Shown here piece by piece: positions 11,830 to 25,800 of a stretch of DNA of 64,000 nucleotides. Source of the DNA: Chrysomallon squamiferum (lineage: Eukaryota > Animalia > Mollusca). Each line of letters starts with the position of its first letter. The first letter of the stretch is position 1. The position numbers were made by a program, and so were the translations under genes. The stretch covers positions 10,726,001 through 10,790,000 of the forward strand of contig CM022678.1 in NCBI GenBank assembly GCA_012295275.1, read 5' to 3'. The notes below the pieces were generated by a model that was given only the letters and a program-made list of their open reading frames with translations, made no database searches and was not told the DNA's origin.

Positions 11830-12530
11830 TGTCATGTGACATGACCATATATGGTAACTACTGGCTGGCGTTTTTGGAGGTTCCATTTATCCCGTACTGA
11901 TAATTAGCGTACCAAAGCTTTGTGAGTACATCTCACGTAAGGGACATAACTCTAATCTATGTTTGTGAACACATATCACTAAAGGGAGATTACTCTAATC
12001 GATGTAATTTTTAATTTGCTTAATGAGTACATCTCACGTAAGGGACATAACTCAAATCTATGTTTGTGAACACATATCACTAAAGGGTATCACTCTAATC
12101 GATGTAATTTTAAATTTGCTTAATGAGTACATCTCACGTAAGGGACATAACTCAAATCTATGTCTGTGAACACATATCACTAAAGGGTGATAATCTAATC
12201 GATATAATTTTTACTTCGCGGGGTAAACTCCTCCCACTTCCGGTGACATGTCATGGCTTATGTCAAGTGACCCATATTATATATAAAGAACGTGATTTTT
12301 CCACAATCGTAGATCGAATCATGGCGTATGGCGTTTTCGGAGGATAATTAGCGTACGTAAGCTTGGTGAATACATCTCATGTAAGGGACGTAATTCTAAT
12401 CTATGTTTTATGAACACAAATCACTAAAGGGAGATAACTGTAATCGATATAATTTTTACTTTGCTCGGTGAGTATATTTCACGTAAGGGAGATAACTCTA
12501 ATGGATATAATTTTTACTTCGCGGCGTAAA
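11830..12530. repeat. 100-bp tandem repeat array (units start 11924, 12025, 12125, degenerate at ~12366 and ~12470), likely the internal array of a non-autonomous element
   Basis: Unit gagtacatctcacgtaagggacataactc(t/a)aatctatgtttgtgaacacatatcactaaagggagattactctaatcgatgtaatttt; rich in AAGGGAGATAACT-like motifs. Confidence 0.85.
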
Positions 12531-13913
12531 CGGCTTGCTCTGATTAGAACGTTAATTTTTTTCAAGGTTCATGGTTCAAGGTCCACAATCTTTCATAGAT
12601 GAATCTGGAATCGGAAAGTACTGCCGAGATTCGATAACATGATCTCACACACATGAACATAATGACAAGAAACCCTAAAGTTTCAACTTGGTTCTGTACC
12701 TTCACAAGCTGTGTTTGAGCGGGGCAAACAGCCGGCGTGCGGGGGTAGGGGGCGTGCGTACGTACCTAACCCCCCGGTCCGGACCCGAATTTGAATTATA
12801 CTTAATATTTAATTCAGTACAATCATTCGTTGTTGTTTTTTTTATTAAACTATTGTGTTTTTTTATTCCGCTGTTAAATCTTCTATTATGTATATAATGG
12901 GTTTTTTTATTATTATTAGTTATTTTTTGTTATCTTCCCTGAATAATTAAACAGGATATCCCATACACAATAAACAATTTTTTTTTTTTTTTTTAATTTC
13001 TTTAGCACTTAACTCAACGAATTAAATGAAACAGAAATCTCAATTCGAAACAATATCATTATTATTATCATTTTTATTTTCACATTTCAAAATTTGTTCT
13101 GTTGTTGTTAATGTTGTTATCCATTATCATCGATACATTTGTTCCTGTTATTAATGGTCAACAGAGTTATTTCCCTTAGACCACCTCGTCTATGAAATTG
13201 ACTAATTATTATTAGTAGTAGTAGTAGTGGTAGTAGTAGTAGTAATAGTAGGAGGAGTATCTCTATTTGTGCATTCTTAATTTATTTCATTTGTTTAAAA
13301 TATTTCTTTATTAAAAACTTAATATTTCTTCATTCGTGCTATTCAGAGTTAAAATGAGATCAAGAATTTAAATTTGTTAAGAAATTCCGTTTTGATACGA
13401 GAAAATTTCTATATGTTATTTATTATGATTAGAGAAACAGTGATTTGGGTTTCACTACGACTGTAAGTTTGTATGGTTTCATAAAAACTTCATTTCACTG
13501 TAAAAAATGTAGGATAAAAATTTGAAATACATGTAAATACTGTTTTTCAGCCGTTTCATACTGATACGTTATTTAAATTTCACAAATATAATGATTTCTA
13601 GAGCGTGGTATCTAACATCAATTCAACTGTTTAGAAGATTAAGTTTGTGTGTTTGTGTGTGTGTGTGTGTTAGCGCATGTGTCTGTCTTTCATCTATCTT
13701 TAATTTTTGTTTGTTTTATTTTTATTGTTGATACTATTGCTAACATTGTTATTTTTGTTATTATAGTACATAATTATTACTATTTTTATATTGTTGTGAT
13801 TGTTAATATTACTGTTATAGCTGTTGCTTTTGCTGTTGGATAACTTTGCTTTAGGTAAAGTTTTTAATTTTGTGTTGAGAGAAGAAAGCAAGTTAGAGAG
13901 AGGCAGGAAGAGA

Positions 13914-13971
<58 letters not shown>

Positions 13972-14539
13972 AATTCAAATAATCTTATAGACATTCTAAT
14001 TAATATGCCTATGAATTTATCCATTTAAATAAATTTACTTTATGTAATTGTAACAGAAGGAATTATGATTATTAAGTACGTTATTTCGGTTAATATATCA
14101 AAAGAATATAAATAAAAATTATCCTCATCAATAGAAATTTGTTTCTCAATTGTGATAATGTTAGTTAAAATTTTATAAGTGGAAACAAAATAATTTGTAA
14201 TATTTATTTCAACAAAAATACTTTTTCATATGAAAAATATAATTTTAGAAAAAGTTCTAAAAATTATAAGATTTCTGATTTATCCGGTATATATATCATA
14301 ATAAAATATACAAGAAGAAATAAAAAAGAATACTAAGACTTTATTTTACAAAAAATGTTTTAAATTGATATATAATTTGACAGATAAAGTAACCTGCATA
14401 TGATTAGGTAGATTATGCTTTCAAAAAAAAAAAAAAAAAAAAAAAAAAAAACACGAAACAAGAAATATCTTTAAAAATAATAATAATAAAAAACAAATAA
14501 AACATCTTCCTCGAAATAAACACAGTTTATTATAAAACA

Positions 14540-16114
14540 TTTTTGTTTTTTAGCCAACTAATCAATGACTTCTAAGATCAAGCATATTCATCGTCTTTTC
14601 AGATTTGTATCATAAGAATTAATGTCATATTTTTCACCACTGTTTGAAATACTTTGAAATAAACATCATTTTCCCTATCATGTATTGTCTGAATGTTTTT
14701 ATTTTTCTCACTCATTAGTATCATTTGAAATATTTGTCTTGTTTAAGACTGCTGCAGACTTGACTGTACTTGGTGCTGTGTCTGGTCAAACATTTTTCTC
14801 ACTGCTGTGACTGACTGAAAAAAGAGGCAGAACTGAATCCAGCATCTGTTTCATGATTTCTGAATCAGTCTGGCATCAACTATCAAAACTTTGATAGCAT
14901 AAACTCAAATCTTCATCAAACTTGGCCATGGATTTTCATTTCTGCTTTCACATGTCTGTGCACTGAACTCCATCTATAAATAATAATAATAAGAAGAAGA
15001 AGAAGAACGACAACAACGGTAATAAATATAGCAAGAATAATAGTGAAAATATCTACTGCTTTAATATTAATACTAATAATTTTTATTACAATAAAGTAAC
15101 ACACTCTATACATATATTTGCTGTTAAGGCTAATTAATTTACTGCTTTAAAACTTACTTATCTATATTTTGCATCAATTTAATTGAAAATATTAAGTAAC
15201 TATTGTTCATTGAAATGGGTAGACTTTTCTTTAAAAATCACTTATTAAGAAATATTAGAAATCTGACTTCCACTGTTACATCAATGATACACGAGAGACA
15301 GACTTTCACTGAAATTGTTTCATTCAGGATGATATTTCTACTACCTGAATCAAAGTGAATAATTATTTGTTGTCTACCACATCAAGTCTACTATTTCAAG
15401 TCAGTGGAACCTCAAGTCTCAGATCCTAGGTTGCTTAGGTTTGTAAATTGTAATCTTTAATGTAGAGATAATTATGTACTGTTATTTATCATATCCATTA
15501 TTTATAAAAAATGAATTTATGTAGCTGTTCATGATCTTGCATGTGACAGCTAGTGGTAACCATTTTTCGAATGCAGTACTTGGTCACAACCACAAACCTC
15601 TATCAATTAACCGAACAGTGTGAAAAGGAAATGTCTAAAATTGATGTAACTGGAAAAATTAGAAGCATTTTGTTTGGTTTATGATTCAGACATGAGTTTA
15701 TATGTAGCAGATACAGAACACCAATAAAATACTTTCCTTTCCAATGAATTATTAATAAATTTTATTTAAGAAAAATAAATGAAGTTCCATAAGCCTATTG
15801 CAAAATGTGGTCACATGGCACTGAATAAAAATGGAGGCAAAATGTACTTCCAAGTGATAATATAAAAAATAAAAACAAATGTAGACTAACTTTAGTAGAA
15901 AACAGTGATTCTTTCACGTATCACCAGCCTGCATGAACCATGTGTGTGTGTGAAATCCTAACAGTCTTCTGGATTCTGTTATCTGCAACCTGTTGATGAG
16001 TCCTTCCATCAACACTCTACCAGTCAAAGTTATACATAAACTAGTCTGAGCAGCTACACCAACAGTGACACCTGTAAATATTAACAGTAAATCAATTTAA
16101 AATATAAATTCTTA

Positions 16115-16146
<32 letters not shown>

Positions 16147-19100
16147 GACACTAATATACACACACTCACACACCTGCAACAAAATATCTGTTTTTAGATT
16201 CTGTGTAGAAAACAAACATTTATTTGTGACCATCCAGCACAAAATGGGTTGCTTGTCATAAAATTTACATTTTATGTTTTTAACTTTTCTAGTTGAGCTT
16301 TGTCTTAGCAGTGAAAATTATATAAAAATCTAAAATACTGTTCCCAAGATATTAGTCATTGAACACTCTAACTTTCCATAATGAGATTCTTGTAAAACAA
16401 TTAAATAATAATGATTATCATTTAAGCATTTTCCATACCAACAACTATACCATATTAATAGGTTCAGTAAAGAATGTCTTGATGTTTGAAGACAGTATCT
16501 GTTTTGTTTTTGTACAACAGCTTATTTAAATAAAAAAGAAATTAACAAAATATTAATTTTTGACTGAATGCATTAAACTAGAAATACCTGATTCAGCAGA
16601 AGTAATTTAATACTCATTAAACAACATAAAAACATAAAATTATAAAAGGAGATGTTGATTGAGAAGAAAAGACATCACCACTATTTAAAGTCTTCAGCTG
16701 TATTTTTCTGAATTGTTTATCACACATTAAAATATTTCTGTATTTATAGAATAATCTCGTATTAATGCTTCAACATTTTCAGCATTACAATCATTTAAAA
16801 TATTATCTCACTGTGCAGAATTCCAAGCTTTCACAAAAATCTGTGCTTGTAGCTGAAAGTTAGTTTGGAAAATGTGTGCACTCTTTTGACTTCTTTACAT
16901 GATGTACTGGTATTGAGGAATGAGAGGAAGGCTGTCATACAATCTACAGTTTACTGCCCTTTATCTTAATTTCATTACTGAAACTACACAATGTGATATC
17001 TGACTCATATGCTGGCTAGTAACATTTGATGTTTTAAAAAAATTAACATACTATTGTACTATTTAATTTCTTATTATTTTAAAAATTATTATTATTATAA
17101 ATAATCAAAAGATGTGCTGATAAAAAGAACTGTCAGTGTGTAAAATAAAGTTTAAGTTTGTGAATTAATAAAAGAAAGAAACAAAACTCAGATGAACTGG
17201 TCACCTGTAGACTGCACACACAACACACCAGCTCTGCATGTCAGAGTACGAGTCTGGAAAATTCTCCCTCATCTTCTACCATTAGCACTTGTGTGACCTT
17301 TTTCTCTTTTCTAAAAGTGTGAAAATGTTTTGAAAACGAAATGAAACAAAAATTAACTTAGAATGTTGTTTAGTTTTTGTTTCAAGTTTTGTTTCTTTGT
17401 TAACTTTTTTTTTTCTGTATTTGTGTGAGTTGTTTCCCTTTACAATGATTAACACATTATTTTTATTATGTACAAGCAGTTTCAAACTTAAATATTGCAA
17501 CTTTTTATCCTTTAATTAATAGTTTTACATTAAAGGGAAGTGCAAAAGATTAATTATAAAATTGTTTACTTCCTCAAAAATTAAGAACTAAAATGACTCA
17601 CTTTCATTTCCAAACATGAACAAAATATTTGTTTTCACTAAAACTTTATAGAGCTGTCCCACTATTAACAGTTGACTCTAAAACCCAATATATTATAATT
17701 TAGAAAATTTACTTTTCTTTTCAAAAACCAGTTACTGTCATGAACACAATTAAAAACTAATTATTTGCTTGGCCAGGTATACCCTTTTAAATGAGATAAT
17801 AAGAATAACAAGAAAAAATAATAAATATAAATATATCTTTGTCAATAGAATAACATTAAAACTACTTTTCTCAAGAATCTAAATCAAATACAACAAGGTG
17901 TAACAAAAAGGGCAGTACCTGATGTAAATGAAGATTTTATAACAGAGCTGGGATCCTTCATCCACTTTGTTCAGATTGTAGTCAGCCAATGTTTCACCAG
18001 AAATCTTCACAGTCAGGTAGACTTAGTGTGTCTCACACCAGAGAACTGTGTGAAATTACAAAACTATGTGATATACTGAAATTTAAAAAACAATCATATT
18101 TAGTCATCATCACAAATCTTTATAAGAATAAAAATAATAAAATCAAAATAACAATAATGATGATGATGATTAAAAACAGATAAATAAATTATATTAATAA
18201 TAATAATGATGACAGTAAGAAAAAACACAATCAACTGAAATCATAAATAAATAAATAATCCATTTAATGAAGATTTTAAAGATACATTTTTTTCATGATT
18301 TTATCTTTTCATTTTTCATTATTTTTCCCAAACCTTCACAATTTTAGCCTACTTAATTATTGCATAAATACATTAAATTCCTTATAAATGTTATAGAGAA
18401 ATAAAACTTTTGCCACATACCAGACGAAAGTAGTTTCAGCTATTTTTTCAGATAATCCTCAGAGGTTCCTTTTTGATAAAACAAAATTGGCATCTACGAA
18501 AAGAAAAACCCCAGAAAAACAAAATTGTATCTGATCATTCTTTGAAGCTAAATTTTATATCAAACAACATTTATAATTAAAATAAAACATATATTTGTGA
18601 TACTTAAGGATTGTTATTCATATAAACTAAATAAAAATATAAATAAAAACTAAAAAAACAAAAACAACTAACCTCTGAATCCAGTGAAAATGCAGGTGAC
18701 ATCACATCACCAATAGCAGATAAAAATGCTGAAGAAGGATTTCCACTTTCAGCAACAAGCAGTCAGTTTCTGAAATACTGAACATAGAAAAAACTGAGTT
18801 GTATAAACATATAACAAAATACATGTATAAAAATACAATAAATGGTTAGTTAAAAACTTTTATCTAATTATATATTTCTGTACATTAAATATTTAAAAAA
18901 ATATAAAATTTCCTGACAATTATCTATTATTTGAAATTTTAGAGATCTTACATTACTTTATTTTTCATATTACAGAAACACGGACCAGGAAATTCTAATG
19001 CTGTATAAATGAATAAATACACATATTATGTAATGTATCAATACATTTTCTTTGACGGAATTTCTTACACAACCCCAGTTGGAAATCAAGTTCAGATTAT

Positions 19101-19890
19101 TTGCATATAATGGATGCATCATGAATATTCATGATGCAAAATAAATCAGTTTCTTAACGACTATATCAATTATCAAGTTTTGAACTAAGCCACCTAAAAC
19201 ATATCAACATTCTGAATATAACAATATCTAAGTCTTAATCTTATATGTGGCTCTTACTACAGAAATGGGGTTTATAGTCTTTCTGACAAGCCTTGATCCA
19301 GTTTCTTCAGTACACTCCTGTACCTCATCATGCAGCTTGAGGACTTTGTAACCTACTTAAACACTACAAACTCTGATCAGACTGTGTGAATGTACACTCT
19401 GATCTGCATCTACAATGGTAAGCCCTGTTTCTGCAGTCAGACCCACATATAATAATAACAACCCATTCTTCCAGTTAAAGGACACAACTGATTCATACGT
19501 TTGTCAACTTTACACAGCCAACTTTACAATCTCATCAACCAGTGATAGTGAGTCTTCTGATTTCTCACTGATCAGAAAGTCAAGTGGAAAGCTTTCCCTG
19601 CAGCACAGTGTATTCATTCTTCCTAAAACCAATCACTTGTTCAAGATGAATCTAACATGGTCAGTTTGTCTCGACATCCACAGACAGTGATGTGAAACAC
19701 CATTAGTAAACATGGGATTTGTTCATTTACACACACAGCAATGTCAGACTCAGTCTGCTAATACAAAGACTCCTGGAAGAAGTTTATTCAATAAAATACT
19801 ATCAGAAACATGTTTTGTTGTTGTGTTTGTATAATGTGCAATTCTGATGTTTAAATAACAACACTTGTTGCTTTTGTGGTATCTGTCTGA
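14540..19890 (-). pseudogene. Chain of unidentified degenerate exon-like blocks (about 19260-19886, 18673-18769, 18421-18493, 17919-18075, 17205-17310, 16812-16855, 15891-16071, 14540-14972)
   Basis: Coding-like composition, AG/GT boundaries on the - strand, and scattered stops (e.g. LLVAESGNPSSAFLSAIGDVMSPAFSLDSE; VYLTVKISGETLADYNLNKVDEGSQLCYKIFIYI). Donor genes not recognised. Confidence 0.5.
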
Positions 19891-20019
19891 AATAGGAAAA
19901 ACACAGATAATTTAATTTTTTATTGTTTTTATTACTAACATTGTTTACTGTTATATCTATATCATTGCCATTTACTAATACAAATGAATGTTTGTTGAAA
20001 AATCAGTATCTTTTCAATA

Positions 20020-20375
20020 TAGTAAATTGTGTTTTATCTGGATTTCTGTGTCGCCAAATATCAACTAAATTATAATTATAAATAACTGACTGTAATTCAT
20101 TACTACTTTTCATACTGAAATTTTTTATTATTAATGCCTACATCTATATTAGGATCTCAAATTACATTAAAATCTCTGTATTTTTAAAATCCACAAATTT
20201 ACATAATCCTTTAAAAAATAAAATTCTTTCTTCAATATTATTAGGCACATATACAGTTATAAAACTATATTCATCATCATCTATTTTAGTATTAACTTTT
20301 AAAATCTTGCCTTCAGTGTCACAATTATTAAAGGTAAACTTATAAGGATTGTGAAATATAAAATTACCCACACAA
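20020..20375 (-). mobile_element. L1/Tx1-like non-LTR retrotransposon APE endonuclease fragment
   Basis: CDTEGKILKVNTKIDDDEYSFITVYVPNNIEERILFFKGL, followed after a break by ELQSVIYNYNLVDIWRHRNPDKTQFT; these are typical L1-clade EN motifs. Confidence 0.8.
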
Positions 20376-20462
20376 AAAAAAACCCATTCCTTATCTTAGA
20401 TATTAAGATTCATAAATTTACTTTATGCTAAGAAATATATAAGAACACAAACTCAACTTCAC

Positions 20463-21670
20463 CTGCTCAGATTTGTTTCTCTTTGCAATGGCAGCAGTAC
20501 AAACTTTATTTAACCAGAAAATAATTGTATCCTCTGTGCCTGATGGAAGTTCACTGGATGCGTTAAAAGTTTTTTAATTCTTTGCTCAGTATGCTGCATG
20601 TAAAGACAGAGGTCTTATTACATTATATGATAAATTATACAAAACATGCACCCAAATATCATTCTCCTTCCCTATCTCTCCATTCCTTCAGCCTCTCCCT
20701 CTTTCTCTCATACATTCATAGATTTGCTTGTTTAACTCTAATTATTCTCTTTCTTTTCAGCTATGTGTTAATAAACAAGGTAGAATGATGAATGTCTTTA
20801 AATACTTTCTTTATTGGCAGCATTCTGAAATACTGACCTTTACAAACGGATCTTTTAAAGTCTGAAACCATTCAATTTTAATAATAAAATTGTATTTAGA
20901 TAGGTAAAAACATCAATCAGTATATACACTAAAACTGAATATTTTTACCATATATTTACCATTTATCATCTAAAGTATAGAATGAAGAAAATAATCTTTA
21001 ACAGAGCCAAACAAACTCATTTTAATAAAATAAGATTTAAAATGTTAAGTAATTAACAAAATAATAAAAAAAAATAAATAAAAATAAATAAAATTAAGTA
21101 TAAGTATATGTATGAGTATAAATTATAAAAAGAAATTAAGAAATAAAACAACAGAATTCCTGATGGCCGGGACAGCAAATTCTACCAAAACAACTGCACT
21201 GGCATATGTCAACATTAGCGCATCAATTAGAGCTGTATGTGCATATTAAAAAATAATAATAAATAAATAATAAACAGTTATAGTAAATAGCTAATACTTC
21301 TTTATTATTAGGATTTAAATTGTACTTTTATCAGTTACTGGACTGTTCACGCAATATGGGCTGTGGGATATTCTCAGTGTACATTGTTATTAATAAATAA
21401 TTTTTATGAATAATGCCTAATCATTATAATGATAATAATAAAATAATTAACAAAACAACAGCAAATAAGTGATTATTATTACGATATTTTATAATCAATA
21501 AATTATAAAGAGTTTCTACAGAACTTATTTTACTCTCTAATACACAAAAATAAAATAAAAAACTCACATCTCAGAATGGTGCAGTCTGCATAAGAATGGT
21601 TTCTTAACAGGTGATTCATCCTTCTCCATGATGTAAATTCCCTTTCTTAACAGAATAATAATGCCGTGAC
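20463..21670 (-). pseudogene. CAMSAP: CAMSAP/Patronin fragment: three consecutive degenerate exons (21568-21670, ~21155-21245, 20463-~20590)
   Basis: RKGIYIMEKDESPV (CAMSAP1 RKGIYVMESDDTPV); AHTALIDALMLTYASAVVLVE (AHMAMVDALMMAYTVEMISIE); TFNASSELPSGTEDTIIFWLNKV (TFSASKELPYDLEDAMVFWINKV). Frameshifts and stops are present, and no other CAMSAP exons were seen. Confidence 0.85.
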
Positions 21671-21823
21671 CTACGAAAAATAGCAATACCAATAGTAAAT
21701 ACAATATATATTATTTTTTGAAAGAAGATGATATTGTTTCAGATAAATGCATTTTTCTCTGCTTATTATCGTTTGTGAATGTCATAATAAATTTATTTGC
21801 ATGTGAAATTGCCAACACACACA

Positions 21824-21903
<80 letters not shown>

Positions 21904-21927
21904 AATTCTATTAAATTGAATACTCAC

Positions 21928-22640
21928 CAAGTAACAGTTACCGAATTAAAAATAAAAATAATCTGGCTGTCAAACATCAGTTCATACTGTTTTGAAAAGC
22001 GTAGTATACATTCGAACCCGTGTATGTTCGAAACACTGTGGTTTATCGAGACTGGTCTCGGCCTGACTTTATTTAGTATTTAAGAAGTAATTAATTTGTT
22101 TATTCTCACAAAAATTATTATAGAATTTGTAGAAATTAATTCTGGTTTCCGACCTACATGTGATTTCCTGTCTATTGTCGCAGCCACAGTATAACTTGTG
22201 GTGTTTGATGAAGTCATTCTCTGTCAGATTATCTCAAGTATGTATTTACAATTAACTTAGATTTTACAAATCAGGACAATTATAATGTATTCATTTCTGA
22301 GCTAAAAATGAAATTAAGAAAAATAACCATAATAATTATTAATATTATTAATATATATATACAGAGGACTCGAATGTCTCCGTCTATTCTGCCGAGACGA
22401 TCCGAACGGTCACGATCAGTTTTACGATACTGGTTCAGCGAGACTCGTGGTTTTGTTTATCAAGACTACAGATAACGCCATGCCTATCCGGTCTAGAAAG
22501 TTTGTGTTTATAAACCGATGTTGGCAAATTAAGGTGAGCCTATAAGTCCAATTTATCGAACTACGAGCAAACCTTTTATATGAAGTAAATATTTGAGATT
22601 AATACTGACTCTTATGTTATATCTTATAGAAAAAAAGGCG
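21928..22640. promoter_or_regulatory. Putative bidirectional promoter hub containing module copy C (22500-22640, +)
   Basis: CpG-enriched relative to its flanks. Outward-facing donors: - strand GTGAGT at 21922-21927 and + strand aagGTGAG at 22534. Exon chains lie on the - strand to the left and the + strand to the right. Confidence 0.5.
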
Positions 22641-22883
22641 ACTATATCATAATCTTTTTACCATCCCAGTCGCTGAAACGGAACTTAGTCGCAATTAATT
22701 CTTAAAAATTGTGACTAAATAATTTATAATTTTAATATTTTCAGCAATTTGTAAATTTTTTTTTTTTTATTTTTTGGTTTCCAAATGATAAATGATAAAT
22801 TTTATAATTTTGTTTAAATTTTTTTTTTTTTAACAATTATTTATTAGGGTTATCAATGATAAATGTAATTTATCTATTTACAG

Positions 22884-25800
22884 GATAAACAAGCCTTCTG
22901 CTGACCAGAAAAAGGCCAAGGATGACCACTTGACCATGTGTGTAGTGCAGCGTTCAGTGAAGAACATAACTTCTCCAGTCCTGACAGTTAAGAGAAATTT
23001 GTACAGACTCAGACACTGAGATGTGCTCAACATGTTTGTAAACAGATGCTGGGTATAATGGACAAGTAATTCAGTTTACTACCAGATTTTATAAACTGCT
23101 TAATGTCACCTGAGAATGTTTTAATATTAATATTGTTTTAATGTTATTAATTAGGTATGTTTAAGTGAACAATGAGTTAACAGTGAAAAGACAGTGAGTT
23201 ATATCTATTATTAATTACTTCTATAATTTTTGTTTGTTGATTTAATTTTTAAAATGATAAAAAAAAGTCATTATCATTTTTCAACTATGCTGTTTTTAAT
23301 GCATTTTATATTAATATTAAATTGACATAAACAAAAAACTGATTAAAAAAAATGAAGAAAAAAGAAACAAGTCAAAAAAAGTGTTTCAAAAAATAAATTA
23401 CTTTTGTTTCAGAGTGAGAATGTAGAAGCCAGGGTTTGACATGGGAACAGATTTCTCATAAAGCTGAAGGCAATTTATGTCATTATGGATACCACTTGAA
23501 AAAAGTATGAGAAAGGTTAGCATTTTTTTCTTTGAACTGTAGTGTACCTATCAAAGCAAAAAGTGCAAGGGCTGCCTGTCTTGTCTCAGATGAAAAAGTC
23601 CTTGGTTTCACAAATACTGAATAAGCTTTTTACTTTATTATTATTATTATTATTATCATTATTTAGATCTAAATGAGTATACATCAACTGATGCCAGTGT
23701 TACTAAGTATATTGATACTTGTACTAACAGAATCAGTGGATTCACTTGTTCCTGTCCGGCTGGGAAGAAACTTGAAAATCACCAGACAACATGTGTTAGT
23801 AAGAATTTCTCATTACAAAATAAATTAATATAAAAATACGTTTTAAAATATTTTAAGAACATAATTATATTTTCAAATTTGAAACAACTTATTCTGTAAA
23901 ATTAGAAATTTCTGATCATATTTAGATTATACTTTTAATATAAGTTTATAAATTTTGTTTTACATAAAAATACTAACACTAAAGTTTGATTTTAAATTGT
24001 TTTATTTATTTTAATTTAAATTTTATTTTTTCCTCTCAGAGCATTGTCAGTGTAAAGCTGGCTGAGTGGTGTGTGATGTGAAAACAACAGAGATGAATGT
24101 AGTGTTTCAACAGTTTCATGTCGAGCAAACAGCAACTGTAAAAACCTGCCAGTCTCCTATCATTTGAGTGTAAACAGGATATCACAACTGGCCAAATGGA
24201 TGTATAGGTGAGTAGGATACTTAATAAATAGTTGATTTACTGAATATTAAAAATTTCGTAACAGGTTGAAATTATAATATTTTATATAATAAACAGTTAT
24301 ATGCAATGAATTATTCCTTATTATTTAATAAATAGTTATACATTACAAATGATTTCTTATTATTTATGAAATATTTATATGCTGTAAATGATTCCTTTCT
24401 ACTTAATAAATATTTATATGCTCAAAATGATTGCTTATTACTTTAAAAAAAAAAAACATTACTAGTTAAATGATACAAAAAATTGATGAATTTTCTATAT
24501 ATCATTTTGTGATTTTAATTACCAAAGAAATCAGAATGGATGTTTTAGATTGAAAAATGACATAGGAATGAGTTAATTAATACCTCAGTGACAACATTAA
24601 CTTTATCTGCATTAAAATTTAATAAATAAATAAATAAATAAAATAATAAAAATATCATTTTATACTTGTTAATAATGTTTTATTCAAAAATGTTTATTTA
24701 ACACATAAAATCAACTTTCAGTAACTAAGAAACAACAAAAAAGAAGCCAAAACAAAACCTGTTTAGTACCAGCTAATTTTATTTTTTTCAGTTTGAGTCA
24801 CATTAATTTTTAGCAACATGAAAAGAAACCCCCCAAAAGTCAACACTTTTTATTTAAATGTAACAAAATTTTATAAAATTATAAAATATTTTATTTTCAT
24901 TTGTGTCAGAAAGTGATAAAATTGTAAATTATTTTCTTGTGACAAAATATAATAAAGTTATAAAAATATTTTATGTTCAGTTGTGACAGTGCTGCAGTGA
25001 ACAGTTCGTGTGAACAGGGCTGCAGGGTGCATGACACAGTGGAGCAGTGTTTGTGTAGAAATGTTTACCTTGAATTCAGACAACAAAACATGTTCAGGTG
25101 AGTCAGTTCTATCTGGTTCTCAGGTTAAATTGTTCACTTCAAGCATTCTTAGTTTATTCATATTTTAAGTGTTATCTCTTTGAATCTGACTGGCCAGCAT
25201 TTCTACCATTATCTGTTTTTTTTATTATTAATAATGTCATGCTCATTATGTAATCAGCAATCAGTTTTTACAGCTTAGGTATGCATTAGTAGCTTTTGTG
25301 CTATTCAAATAGTTAAGTTAAAGTTCTCATTTCTGGAATTAAGAAAAATTTCAAAGCAGTTAATACTATTTCAGAAACTTGTCAAAATTTTATGAATAAA
25401 TTTTATTTTTATTAATAATAATTATATCCCTGTAATTCAAACTTGACTAATTTTATTAACTGCTTGAAACTTCTCAGAATCTCTGAATTTTAAATTTCGG
25501 TTAATCCATATATTTATTATAAATAATGTCTTTGTAAATGATGTTTGATGTCAAACCGTAGGAGTAAGTTTAATTGTTGTTAATGATTGAGATGTGATTT
25601 ATTTGTTTCTCTCTTTCAGATATAAATGAATATAAATCAGAACTATAACTACTGTGATGGAGGCTACACATGTACATGAATGGGTGTTTATAAATGGGAA
25701 CTGATCAAATTACTTGTAGAGGTAGATGTATATTAATATATCACATACACACATCAACACATACACATGAAAACGTGCATACACAAACCTCCATACACAC

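Noticed and set aside
11924-12230. Regular repeats as a possible CRISPR array
   Set aside because: Head-to-tail 100-bp units without unique spacers, no cas genes, eukaryotic context.
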